Shown piece by piece: positions 7,898-17,440 of a stretch of DNA of 64,000 bases (position 1 is its first letter; each line of letters starts with the position of its first letter). The notes beneath the pieces are model-generated. The model searched no databases, had not been told where the DNA came from, and saw only the letters and a list, made by a program, of their open reading frames with translations. The position numbers and the translations under genes were made by a program. Source of the stretch: a virus (taxonomy: Duplodnaviria > Caudoviricetes); the IMG/VR virus record IMGVR_UViG_3300045391_001472, positions 7,736 through 71,735 of that record, one strand, 5' to 3'.

Positions 7898-8395
7898 TTA
7901 ATAAAATCTTATTTCGGGCAATGCTAAATTTCCAGTTGTTAGGGTTGATAATGCGACAGGAGAAGATAGCTTATTGACAAAATCAACATCAATTTGCCAG
8001 TGACCATCTCCCGAATCATACCATCCAATACTATAAGAACCTTGAATATCGCCACTACTATAAAAAATCTGTGATACATCAAATGCTTCCGCAAATCCAC
8101 CTATCCATACCTTTTTTGTAATGGGAACAGTTGTAACAATGCTAAATACAGAAGTAGTACATCCAGAATAATCAACTACCCCAATAGTATTTTTTAATTC
8201 GTCTGCTGCTATTGGGTCTGTTGATGTTTGGCTAAGTAAAGCAGTATATACCAAATACCCCAATCCTCCTCCACCCAGATCAGCTATTGCTTGGGCGGTT
8301 GTTCGGACAGTTGACGAACTTTGTACTATTGGGACTTCTTCTGTTCCATCTAATGTAGCCGCAGCCGAAAGTTCACTAATCTTTACGTTAGACAT
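7898..8395 (-). CDS. tail-fibre/appendage-like structural protein (antisense orphan)
   Basis: N-terminal VKISELSAAATLDGTEEVPIVQ fibre-attachment-type motif; YLVYTALLSQT. Confidence 0.6.
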   Translation of the reverse strand: MSNVKISELSAAATLDGTEEVPIVQSSSTVRTTAQAIADLGGGGLGYLVYTALLSQTSTDPIAADELKNTIGVVDYSGCTTSVFSIVTTVPITKKVWIGGFAEAFDVSQIFYSSGDIQGSYSIGWYDSGDGHWQIDVDFVNKLSSPVALSTLTTGNLALPEIRFY

Positions 8396-8526
8396 GGTAG
8401 TTGGATATTGATTTTAAAAACGGGACTTCTATTGGATTATAAAGGTATATAAATTATTTTTTTCTTATTGTAGATTTAATTCTACATTTACACGCCCCAA
8501 AATGGTTAATAACAACATCTTCTAAA

Positions 8527-8682
8527 ATGTCAGATAAAAAAAATAAAAACACAAAATGCGTACGGATTAGTGAAAACACCCATCAGGAAGTAGTTAAGCA
8601 TGTTGGGGATAAAATCAAAATTGGAGCATTTGTAGATGAAGCATCTCTTGAAAAGATTAAAAAAGAAAAAGCAAAAAAATGA
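8527..8682 (+). CDS. ribbon-helix-helix-like DNA-binding protein (below cutoff)
   Basis: TKCVRISENTHQEVVKHV...IGAFVDEASLEKI, beta-alpha-alpha pattern, 51 aa. Confidence 0.55.
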   Translation: MSDKKNKNTKCVRISENTHQEVVKHVGDKIKIGAFVDEASLEKIKKEKAKK

Positions 8683-8774
8683 AATGTTTTCATATATGGA
8701 TAATAGTAGAAGAATATGGAAGAAAATATTTTCGTTGTTATCGGTGTAATGAAATTAAAGAAAGAAAGAAATGA
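8679..8774 (+). CDS. 31-aa zinc-ribbon mini-protein
   Basis: CFHIW...CYRC; ATGA overlaps on both sides. Confidence 0.5.
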   Translation: MKCFHIWIIVEEYGRKYFRCYRCNEIKERKK

Positions 8775-9742
8775 TTATCTCTCCATATAAGAATGGGTTT
8801 TGCGACCAGCCAGTTTTTAATATTACAAGCCAAATAAAAACGGATACTCCCATCATCCAATTAACCCAATTCACAGATTTTATTTTCGATGAAAAATGGT
8901 ATGAATTAGATAAATATATCCTTGCTGATTTTTTGGAACTGGGTGCTAATGGATGGAATCAGGAAGAAACATTGTTGTTTGGCGTTAATGGAGAAAAATT
9001 TACAAAATCACAAACTGAAGATTGGTTAAAGTTCAATCAGTTTGTAAAAGATAAAAATCCTGTTATCTACTTCAAGAGAGAACTTTTAAACAAAGACAAA
9101 GCAGATAATATTTACCCAATAGAATTTCCTGCGTTATTTCAAACACCCCCCGTTCAAAGCAAAGAAGAATTTGATAGTAGAGAATTGGAGTTGTTTTTTA
9201 ATTGGGGGTACTCTCACGAACTTCGCAGAGCCACGCACGGCTTAATATTTCTTCATGCCACAACATCAAATATTGAAGTAGTGGATTCTTTTCAAAACAT
9301 AGAACAAACATTAAAAGAAAGAAATGGTCATTCAAGAACATGGGCAACTATATTCACTCCACATTTTTCAAGAGTAGATATTCAAACGGTTTATTATTTT
9401 CAAAGCAAAAGCAAATTGTCTTTGTCTCTCTATGGTGCAGGTACAAAATGTTTCAGAAATCTTGAAGCTCCGCTTAATTCAATAATGGTTATGCAAGACG
9501 ATGATATTTCATGGGGATATGATTGGATAGATGGGTTTAATTGTATCAAAATTCCAAAAGCAAAAACATTTGAAGAAATAAGAGGATTAGAAAACCAATA
9601 CAGGGCGATTGAAACAATCGAACAAGCATTAAAAAGAGATGACCTTTATGAAATTTATAAGAACGGGATAGCTACTTGCGATAAATACAGAATTGACAAT
9701 TATGTGAATAATTATTTACAACCATTAATCAATAGTATATGA
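8771..9742 (+). CDS. putative GT-B glycosyltransferase
   Basis: YFKRE, ELFFNWG...RR, SKLSLSLYGAGTKCFRNLE resemble GT1/exostosin-type C-terminal motifs. Confidence 0.55.
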   Translation: MIISPYKNGFCDQPVFNITSQIKTDTPIIQLTQFTDFIFDEKWYELDKYILADFLELGANGWNQEETLLFGVNGEKFTKSQTEDWLKFNQFVKDKNPVIYFKRELLNKDKADNIYPIEFPALFQTPPVQSKEEFDSRELELFFNWGYSHELRRATHGLIFLHATTSNIEVVDSFQNIEQTLKERNGHSRTWATIFTPHFSRVDIQTVYYFQSKSKLSLSLYGAGTKCFRNLEAPLNSIMVMQDDDISWGYDWIDGFNCIKIPKAKTFEEIRGLENQYRAIETIEQALKRDDLYEIYKNGIATCDKYRIDNYVNNYLQPLINSI

Positions 9743-9987
9743 AATTGTTTTTTTTCAACCCAAACGACTATGGAGCAGAATATCTTGTTCTGTCTGATTC
9801 AAAAGAAAACGCCTTAATGGCGGTTATAAAATATTTATCAGAAGAAGCATCTAAGGAAGAGCCTAAATATACTTCAAAAAAAAGACAGTATGATGAATGG
9901 AAAGATAGAGCTATTGATAATTTACCAGAAGATTATACGATTGATGTATTTGATAAAGACGAGGTGGTTGAAACCTATTATGGATAA
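9739..9987 (+). CDS. hypothetical protein
   Basis: ATGA overlap; in operon. Confidence 0.55.
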   Translation: MKLFFFNPNDYGAEYLVLSDSKENALMAVIKYLSEEASKEEPKYTSKKRQYDEWKDRAIDNLPEDYTIDVFDKDEVVETYYG

Positions 9988-9999
9988 AATAAAAAACAA

Positions 10000-10680
10000 A
10001 TGACAGCCGAACATATCCAAAACTCAATAGACAAAGCAGTAAGGGGAGAATCTAATCTTACTGAAAAACAATTAGCGGTTGGAGGCTTTTCCACAGTTAC
10101 AATGCGCCATTTGTGGAACAACCTATGCAACATAAAGGGAGCTTATTTAGAAGTTGGTTTGTGGACGGGAGGAACATTTACTGCATCATTTAATAAAGAT
10201 TGTGTTTCGATAGGCATAGAAAATTTTCAACAAGATTTTAGTGTGGTTGGAGTAAAAGAAATTCTTGAAAAGAATCTTGAAGAAAATAAAGACAGGGCAA
10301 AAGAGGTTATTGTTCACTATGAAGATTGTTTTAAGATTGATAAATCTTTATTACCAGATAATATTGATATTCTGTTTTATGATGGCATCCACCATGAATT
10401 TGAGCAATCAAAAGCATTACCAGCATTTTTAGATAAGATGGCTAATAGGTTTTTATATGTGGTTGATGATTTCGGGTGGAAAGAAGTTTTTGACGGCACT
10501 AATAAAGGATTAAGCGAATTAAAAGATAAAATTGAAATAGAAAAATGTTGGGTGTTGCGAGGGTATTATCCAGAGAATGATTCAATTTGGCACAATCAAG
10601 TTGCAATCTATCTTATCAATAAAAAACAATCAGAACAAGAAATAAAAGAATACGCAGAATCAATACTTGGAGTACAATGA
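10000..10680 (+). CDS. class I SAM methyltransferase (Methyltransf_24-like)
   Basis: YLEVGLWTGGT, IDILFYDGIH, YVVDDFGW. Confidence 0.8.
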   Translation: MTAEHIQNSIDKAVRGESNLTEKQLAVGGFSTVTMRHLWNNLCNIKGAYLEVGLWTGGTFTASFNKDCVSIGIENFQQDFSVVGVKEILEKNLEENKDRAKEVIVHYEDCFKIDKSLLPDNIDILFYDGIHHEFEQSKALPAFLDKMANRFLYVVDDFGWKEVFDGTNKGLSELKDKIEIEKCWVLRGYYPENDSIWHNQVAIYLINKKQSEQEIKEYAESILGVQ

Positions 10681-11459
10681 GTAAACTATTATCGCTTATT
10701 ATTACAGCAGATACTCGAAAAGGGTTTAATAACGAATCTATTTCTGTTGGTGAGTTTGAAAATGGACAACCAAATGGAACAAGGTCTGTGGACTTTCTTT
10801 TGGAAGGGGTGCTTCAAAAAATAAATTTCTTCAGGGGTTACGATATTCAAGTAGTGCTTTTTATTGACCAGCATGAACAAATACCAGATAGATTGTTCAT
10901 GCAGATTTGTAATATAGTTCATGCTTGTGGAAATAATTCAAAAGTAATTTGCAAACCACACGACAGAACTCAATACAGATGGAATGATAAAATTTACATT
11001 GAAGCATTGAAATTAGCCGAAGGGGATTATGTAGTAAAATTTGATGCCGATTGCAACGCATACAGAAGCAATGAATGTGATATTGTAGATGCGTATATGG
11101 ATTTATTAGACGAGGGGTATAAATATATTTGTCAGCCAAAACATCCTGAGCAAAAAGAGAAATGGGGATTTGCAAGTACGCAGTTCTTTGTTTGCAAAAG
11201 AGAAACATTGGATTTGCCATTAATTGAGCAATCATTATACACGCCATTGAAAGGAAAGCACAATCCCTGCCTTGAGTTTACATTGGCAATTTTAGCAGGA
11301 GAAGATAATGTTCTATACCCTCCAAGAGATAACGATAGTTATATGATATTTTGCTGGTGGAAGTACGAAAGCGGATTATTAAAAAAACTAAATGAGATGT
11401 TATACCCAGAAGTAAAAGAATTTATTTTAAAATCTGGTATAACTGCAACAAGTTGGTAA
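10677..11459 (+). CDS. GT-A (GT2-like) glycosyltransferase
   Basis: VVLFIDQH, EALKLAEGDYVVKFDAD (DxD motif). Confidence 0.65.
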   Translation: MSKLLSLIITADTRKGFNNESISVGEFENGQPNGTRSVDFLLEGVLQKINFFRGYDIQVVLFIDQHEQIPDRLFMQICNIVHACGNNSKVICKPHDRTQYRWNDKIYIEALKLAEGDYVVKFDADCNAYRSNECDIVDAYMDLLDEGYKYICQPKHPEQKEKWGFASTQFFVCKRETLDLPLIEQSLYTPLKGKHNPCLEFTLAILAGEDNVLYPPRDNDSYMIFCWWKYESGLLKKLNEMLYPEVKEFILKSGITATSW

Positions 11460-11460
11460 A

Positions 11461-12105
11461 ATGAAAAAAAAATTAAAAAATAAGATTTTTGGAAGACTTG
11501 CGCCTTTGTCTGTACGATATGATAAAATAAAAACAAAATCATATTGGACGTGTCTTTGTACTTGTGGAACTATAAAAGAAGTGGAAGAATGGAGTCTTGT
11601 TAATGGTAAAATAGTAAGCTGCGGATGCTTTTTGAGAGAAAAACGCACTAAACACGGGTATAGAATAGGGGGAGCAGAACCGCCAGAATACAAAGCGTGG
11701 GCAAATATGAAAGATAGGTGTAAGAATAGTAATCATAGAAACTATAAAGACTATGGCGGAAGAGGTATAAAAGTTTGTCAGCGTTGGGATAATTCGTTTG
11801 AAAATTTTTTAGCAGACATGGGCAAAAGACCATCCCCTAAGCATAGCGTTGATAGATACCCAAATCCCGACGGAGACTACAAGCCATCAAATTGTAGGTG
11901 GGCGACAATAAAAGAGCAGAATAGAAATAAGGGGAAAGGTAACAACACTATCATTACTTACAACGGTACGAGCAGATGTATTTCCGAGTGGATAGAGGTT
12001 ATGGGATTAACGGCTGGGGCATTTTTTGGCAGACGTAGAAGAGGATGGAGCATAGAAGACACTCTTACAATTCCTGTTAAAAAATTTAATTATGACAAGG
12101 CTTAA
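11461..12105 (+). CDS. free-standing HNH homing endonuclease
   Basis: CLCTCG...SCGC, WANMKDRC...YGGRGIKVCQRW, HSVDRYPNPDGDYKPSNCRWAT. Confidence 0.85.
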   Translation: MKKKLKNKIFGRLAPLSVRYDKIKTKSYWTCLCTCGTIKEVEEWSLVNGKIVSCGCFLREKRTKHGYRIGGAEPPEYKAWANMKDRCKNSNHRNYKDYGGRGIKVCQRWDNSFENFLADMGKRPSPKHSVDRYPNPDGDYKPSNCRWATIKEQNRNKGKGNNTIITYNGTSRCISEWIEVMGLTAGAFFGRRRRGWSIEDTLTIPVKKFNYDKA

Positions 12106-12622
12106 TGTTGGGTCGGGCAAGATTCGCATGAATGGCTATACAAAAATAGACATAGAGCCATCGCATGAGCCTGATATTGTAGGAGATGTTTTGACAATGG
12201 ATTTTAAAGATGTTGAAGTGATTTATTTATCTCATTCATTTGAACATTTTGGATTTCCGCATGATGCGCTAAAAGCATTAAAGTTGTTTTATAAATGGCT
12301 AAAGCCTGATGGTATATTGAGATTAGCCGTTCCTGATTTAGAACTTGCGGTTAAAGCATATTATCAAGGAAGTGATTTGGGGTTTTTATATGGAGGTGAT
12401 TTCAAGGGATATTATTACAACGACACACCGGGAGAAAGATTAAACTTTTTTGTGAAAGCGTGGAATCATCAAATGTGTTATGACTATACCACTTTAAAAT
12501 TATTATTAGAAGAAGCGGGATTTATAAGGATAGGAAGAAGAAATGCAAATGAAAGTTTGATTGAAGGATTTAACCACGATAGATTTATATCTGAATCATT
12601 ATATGTTGAATGTATAAAATGA
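12092..12622 (+). CDS. SAM methyltransferase (Methyltransf_11-like)
   Basis: RLNVGSG, IYLSHSFEH, WLKPDGILRLAVPD. Confidence 0.85.
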   Translation: MTRLNVGSGKIRMNGYTKIDIEPSHEPDIVGDVLTMDFKDVEVIYLSHSFEHFGFPHDALKALKLFYKWLKPDGILRLAVPDLELAVKAYYQGSDLGFLYGGDFKGYYYNDTPGERLNFFVKAWNHQMCYDYTTLKLLLEEAGFIRIGRRNANESLIEGFNHDRFISESLYVECIK

Positions 12623-13494
12623 ACATTTTAATATCAACAACGACTAACTGGAATGTAGGGGATAATTTTATCGCCTTTGGAGTAAAGAATATCTTGAAAC
12701 ATATATTCCCAGAACAACCCAACTATATCCACTATGATAGAAACCCAAATAACATGATAGACTATCCCCATAATCAAAGAATGAAAAAAGGATTAAGGGG
12801 AACATTTATGAACAATCCGATTGATTGGAATTTAATTGACATCGTAATTTTAGCCGGAACACCTGAATGGCTGCACCATCCACTTGAACCAATATATGAA
12901 GGCTTAGTTGACCATCCAGAAATACCGCTTTGGGCAATAGGGATTGGCTATACAGAACCACAATTTGTTTTACCATTAACCGATGCAGAAGTAAAAGTTC
13001 TAAAAAGAGAAAATACCTTAATCATTACGAGGCAACAGGAATTATCGGATAGATTAGAGCCAATATTGGAAAGAAAGATTCCTGCGTTACCATGTCCTGC
13101 ATTATTTTGTTTTGAAGATTTTCCAGAAAAGAAAAGAGAGAAACTATATATTGTTACAACTATGAATGTTGTCGGGGATGATTCTATCTGTCATTCGGTG
13201 GAAGAAATAAATGGGTATAAAAATTTTATAAGTTCTGACCCACATGATGTATTAAATTATATTGGAGAGTATAGAATAGTAAAAAGCCAAAGACTACATG
13301 GAACTATTGCCGCAATTAGTTCTGGGGCTAAGGCTACTTCGTGGGGAGATGATTTTAGAATAAAGCAGGCTATGGAATTATTTTCAGAAGTAATAGAAGC
13401 AGACAGAACAGATATTACCGTTTTCAAAACAAGAATTTTAAACCAATACATTAATATAATAAAAGAATATGCAAAGCCATTTACAACCAAATGA
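12619..13494 (+). CDS. polysaccharide pyruvyl transferase family protein
   Basis: NVGDNFI, AIGIG, ITRQ, SQRLHGTIAA. Confidence 0.75.
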   Translation: MNILISTTTNWNVGDNFIAFGVKNILKHIFPEQPNYIHYDRNPNNMIDYPHNQRMKKGLRGTFMNNPIDWNLIDIVILAGTPEWLHHPLEPIYEGLVDHPEIPLWAIGIGYTEPQFVLPLTDAEVKVLKRENTLIITRQQELSDRLEPILERKIPALPCPALFCFEDFPEKKREKLYIVTTMNVVGDDSICHSVEEINGYKNFISSDPHDVLNYIGEYRIVKSQRLHGTIAAISSGAKATSWGDDFRIKQAMELFSEVIEADRTDITVFKTRILNQYINIIKEYAKPFTTK

Positions 13495-14059
13495 TACAAG
13501 AGATCAATTTCTATTGGTAGAAAAATATTGTAAAAATTTGGGACTGGATATAGGTTGCGGCACAAATAGATTTTCTCCAACTGTTCTTACTATAGATTGG
13601 TATGACCATGTTGATACGGATATGATTTGGAATTGCGCCCCCGAACCAAAAGAAGGAGAACAGCAATATGTTTATCCTTATCCATTTAGAGAAAACAGAT
13701 TTGACTTTGTTTTCGCAAGTCATATATTGGAAGATTTTTTACCAAGTGTTATACAATGGGTTTTTGATGAATGGTTACGATTAATAAAAGTCGGCGGATA
13801 TTTAGTAATACTTGTTCCTGATATGGAAAATCATCGCTATCCAGATTGGGATGAAAAATTTACAGAGGATGATGAAGAAGTAAAAAGAGGAGAAAGAAAA
13901 GTAAACGAGTTGAAGGGGAATCCATCTCACAGAATTTGTATGGGTCTAACACTACTGCATAAACTAAAAAACGAATCACAATACAAAACGGAAATCGTTC
14001 AAGAAGATACATTCACCCACGATAGAATGACGTTGGACTTTATACTTAAAAAATTATGA
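13469..14059 (+). CDS. SAM methyltransferase (Methyltransf_11-like)
   Basis: GLDIGCG, FDFVFASHILED, WLRLIKVGGYLVILVPD. Confidence 0.85.
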   Translation: MQSHLQPNDTRDQFLLVEKYCKNLGLDIGCGTNRFSPTVLTIDWYDHVDTDMIWNCAPEPKEGEQQYVYPYPFRENRFDFVFASHILEDFLPSVIQWVFDEWLRLIKVGGYLVILVPDMENHRYPDWDEKFTEDDEEVKRGERKVNELKGNPSHRICMGLTLLHKLKNESQYKTEIVQEDTFTHDRMTLDFILKKL

Positions 14060-14949
14060 AAAAGAAAAAACCATATTCATTTTTACACGATGGCACTATT
14101 GGGGATGTGTGGGCTTCAATGCCAGCCATAATGGAATATTGGAGACAGACAGGCAATAAGGCTATTGTGTATCTTAGAAACGGGCAACGTGCAAAATATT
14201 ATAAAGGGGCAACTCATCCTACCCGAAACGAACAGGGAAAAATGGTAATGCTAAATAAGCAAATGATTAAAATGATGATTCCGCTTTTAAAAGCACAACC
14301 TTATATAAAAGATGCAAAAACATACAATGGAGAAAAAATTGATGTGAACCTAAATGTTATACGAGATACTTTCGTGAATATGCCCAACCACCCACTTCAA
14401 AAATGGTATTTCTATGTGTACCCTGATTTAACTTGCGATTTAAGCGAGCAATGGTTTTTTGTCCCAGATACTAAAAAAGATTTTGCTAAAAATAAAACCA
14501 TTGTATGCAGAACCGAACGGTATAATAATCCACAAGTAGAATATAATTTTATAAAGGATTATCAAAGGGATGTAATATTTTCTGGAACAGAAAAAGAATA
14601 TTTGTTGTTTTGCAGAAAAAATAAAATAAATATTCCAAGACTTAAAATAAAAAATTTTTTAGAATTGGCTCAAGCCTTAAAGCAGTCAAGGGGGTTGGTT
14701 TCTAATCAAACTATGATATTCCAAATCGCAGAAGGATTGAAAATACCAAGAGGAGTAGAATTGTGCAAGGATGCTCCAAACGTAACTACATTTGGTAAAA
14801 ATGGATTTGAAGGATATTCTCAACAATCGGTAGAGTTTTTCTTTCATAGAATTAATGGTACGATAAGAGAGTATTATGATAGGGCAATAAAAAAGGCAGC
14901 AGAAAGCCGCCTTAGTTCTTTTAAATCAGATAAATCTACTACGCATTAA
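14056..14949 (+). CDS. GT9-like glycosyltransferase
   Basis: HDGTIGDVWASMP; LELAQALKQSRGLVSNQTMIFQIAEGLKIP. Confidence 0.65.
   Translation: MKKKKPYSFLHDGTIGDVWASMPAIMEYWRQTGNKAIVYLRNGQRAKYYKGATHPTRNEQGKMVMLNKQMIKMMIPLLKAQPYIKDAKTYNGEKIDVNLNVIRDTFVNMPNHPLQKWYFYVYPDLTCDLSEQWFFVPDTKKDFAKNKTIVCRTERYNNPQVEYNFIKDYQRDVIFSGTEKEYLLFCRKNKINIPRLKIKNFLELAQALKQSRGLVSNQTMIFQIAEGLKIPRGVELCKDAPNVTTFGKNGFEGYSQQSVEFFFHRINGTIREYYDRAIKKAAESRLSSFKSDKSTTH
14890..14913 (-). terminator. terminator for the antisense gene 14939-15181
   Basis: Minus strand AAGGCGGC-TTTCT-GCTGCCTT plus T-run. Confidence 0.55.
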
Positions 14950-15181
14950 ATAATGCGATGAGGGCAGATTGTGTTTTTTCTGAATAATACAAATCGTTAT
15001 TCACGGTCTGTATGGCAGAGTAAACATACACTCCGGTACTCAAATGTTTAGTTGGAGAGTTGGATGTGTCACGGATTAAAATCCCTTGTGTTGGGAAACC
15101 TATTTTAGTTACTTGATTTAACGGAATAGGTGCTTTTTGATTAATCTGATAGACGTTGACGGCTACAACATTGGTTGCCAT
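14939..15181 (-). CDS. small beta-rich protein, possible head decoration (antisense orphan)
   Basis: 80 aa ending YYSEKTQSALIALFNA; own terminator and leader motif. Function is a guess. Confidence 0.5.
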   Translation of the reverse strand: MATNVVAVNVYQINQKAPIPLNQVTKIGFPTQGILIRDTSNSPTKHLSTGVYVYSAIQTVNNDLYYSEKTQSALIALFNA

Positions 15182-15291
15182 AGAAAATTGGATTTTGGGT
15201 GAATGAATGATTGTTTGAATCCGGTATAAAATTATAATTAAGGATTGTTGGCTATTAAAACTTTATACTTGCTTATACTAAAAATTATTTT

Positions 15292-15573
15292 ATGGGATTG
15301 GGAGAAGTATTACAACAAGCAGCAGAAAAAGATATAGCATCGGTAAATAAATTGAATGGACTAAAGTATGAAGAGGTAGTTGAGGACGATAAATTTTATA
15401 TTCGATTCTCATGCACTAAATTCAAAGAAGCTACCATTGAATGTGAAATACCTTACACCATTGATGAAGAAAAAAGAAACTATGCACGAATGTATTTTTT
15501 ATCAATGGTATTTAATGCGGCTATACATGGCTTAAAAAGAAATAGGAATAAAACAAAAAAACGTTGGAAATGA
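15292..15573 (+). CDS. hypothetical protein
   Basis: ORF coupled to groEL by ATGA overlap. Confidence 0.55.
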   Translation: MGLGEVLQQAAEKDIASVNKLNGLKYEEVVEDDKFYIRFSCTKFKEATIECEIPYTIDEEKRNYARMYFLSMVFNAAIHGLKRNRNKTKKRWK

Positions 15574-17168
15574 ATAAGCAAGCACTATACGGAAAAGAAG
15601 CAAGAGATAAAATGTTTGTCGGTATAAAAAAGATTACTGATGCGGTAAGGGTTACGATGGGGGCGGCAGGACGTTGCGTTTTAATTGGCAATGCAGTATA
15701 TGGGAATGATGGACTCCTACATTTTCCCACCATTATCACCAAAGACGGATGGACAGTAACAAGGCATTTTGATATTGAAAATCCAGTTGAGCAAAGGGGC
15801 GCAATGCTAATTAAAGAGGCTGCACAAAAGACGGTTGACCAAGCCGGAGATGCAACTACCGCAACTTGCGTTTTAGCAGAAGCATTAATTTCAGAAGGAA
15901 TGAAGCTGATAGATGAAGGTGCAAATCCAATGGAATTAAAAAAAGGAATTGATGAAGCGGTTGAATATGTGGTTAAAGAATTACAGAAGATGTCTATTCC
16001 TGTTCGTGGAAATATTGAAAGGGTAAGACAAATAGCAACCGTTAGTGCAAATAATGATAAAGAAATTGGTAATCTAATTGCAGAAGCAATCTCAAAAATA
16101 GGGTATGATGGCATTATTGATATTGCAACAAGTAATGGAGTAGATACTACTATCAGCGTAAGCGAAGGTGTAAAATTTGACAATGGTTGGATAAGTCCCT
16201 TGTTTATAAATAATATGGCAAAAGAAACTTGCGAATTTGAAAATCCATATATTTTGCTTTATGAAAAAAAGATTACCCATCACTCACAAATACAATCTGC
16301 TTTAGAAGAAATTTTAAAACTACAAAAACCACCTTTGCTAATTATATGTGAAGATGCAGAACAAGAAGGGTTGGCTTTTTTAGCGGGGAATAATTACAAT
16401 AAAAAAATACAAGTGTGTGCAGTTAAATGTCCTGACTTTGGAGATGCAAAAAGAGATTGGATGGAAGATTTGGCATTATTGACAGGTGCAACTTACATTA
16501 GCGATATACGAGGGGTGAAAATTGAAACAGCAAAAAAAGAACATTTTGGTAGGGCGAAAAAAATAATTGTATCAAAAGGGGAAACAGTTATTGTTGAAGG
16601 TAACGGAGGTAAAGAACAGATAGAATTATTTATTGATGACCTAAAAGAATTACTTACGAAAGCAGAAAGCGACCAAGAGAAATTATTAATTGAAAAAAGA
16701 ATAGCAAGATTAACGGGTGCAGCCGCAGTAATCAGAGTTGGGGCAGCAACGGAAAGTGAATTGAAAGAAAAAATGGATAGAGTAGATGATGCGGTAAAAG
16801 CAACTAAGGCTGCAATAGCAGAAGGATTTGTTGCTGGAGGTGGGATAGCTTTTGCAAAAACCGATATAATGATTGAAAAAAAAGCCGTAAGTGATTTGGG
16901 TAGGGGGTGGGTGTTAGTAAATAACATACTAAAACAGCCATTTAAACAAATATGTATAAACGCCGGTATAAATGCGGAAGAAAAATTAAAGGAAGTAATA
17001 TATCAAAAACAAACTATTGGGTATGATGTTTTAAACGGAAAATCGGTAGATATGATAGATGTTGGTATTATAGATTCAACAAAAGCATTACGCTGTGCTT
17101 TGATTAATGCCGCTTCTATTGCAGGAGTATTTCTAACTACTGAATGTTCAATCATAACCACTCACTAA
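15570..17168 (+). CDS. groEL: phage chaperonin GroEL
   Basis: AVRVTMGAAGR, ITKDG, AGDATT, TVSANND, RIARLTG, IRVGAATESELKEKMDRVDDAV, GFVAGGG. Confidence 0.95.
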   Translation: MNKQALYGKEARDKMFVGIKKITDAVRVTMGAAGRCVLIGNAVYGNDGLLHFPTIITKDGWTVTRHFDIENPVEQRGAMLIKEAAQKTVDQAGDATTATCVLAEALISEGMKLIDEGANPMELKKGIDEAVEYVVKELQKMSIPVRGNIERVRQIATVSANNDKEIGNLIAEAISKIGYDGIIDIATSNGVDTTISVSEGVKFDNGWISPLFINNMAKETCEFENPYILLYEKKITHHSQIQSALEEILKLQKPPLLIICEDAEQEGLAFLAGNNYNKKIQVCAVKCPDFGDAKRDWMEDLALLTGATYISDIRGVKIETAKKEHFGRAKKIIVSKGETVIVEGNGGKEQIELFIDDLKELLTKAESDQEKLLIEKRIARLTGAAAVIRVGAATESELKEKMDRVDDAVKATKAAIAEGFVAGGGIAFAKTDIMIEKKAVSDLGRGWVLVNNILKQPFKQICINAGINAEEKLKEVIYQKQTIGYDVLNGKSVDMIDVGIIDSTKALRCALINAASIAGVFLTTECSIITTH

Positions 17169-17170
17169 AT

Positions 17171-17440
17171 ATGATTCAAGCAACAAATAATTTTGTTTTT
17201 ATTATCAGGGATGAAGCAGAAAAAGAAACAAATGGATTATTCATTCCAGAGCAAGGTGTAGAAAAACCATCTCAAGGAACTATTTATAGTGTAGGTGAAT
17301 TAGTACAAGACAAATCAATTCAGAAAGATAAGAAAGCAGTCTTTATGAAGGGCAACGGACAAGAAATAAAATATAAGGGGGAAACTTATTTAGTATTGGA
17401 TGGAGATAGAATAATTGGAGTAGATGATAACGACAAATAA
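17171..17440 (+). CDS. groES: co-chaperonin GroES
   Basis: FVFIIRDE...GLFIP...GTIYSVG...GETYLVLDGDRIIGV; follows groEL. Confidence 0.85.
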   Translation: MIQATNNFVFIIRDEAEKETNGLFIPEQGVEKPSQGTIYSVGELVQDKSIQKDKKAVFMKGNGQEIKYKGETYLVLDGDRIIGVDDNDK

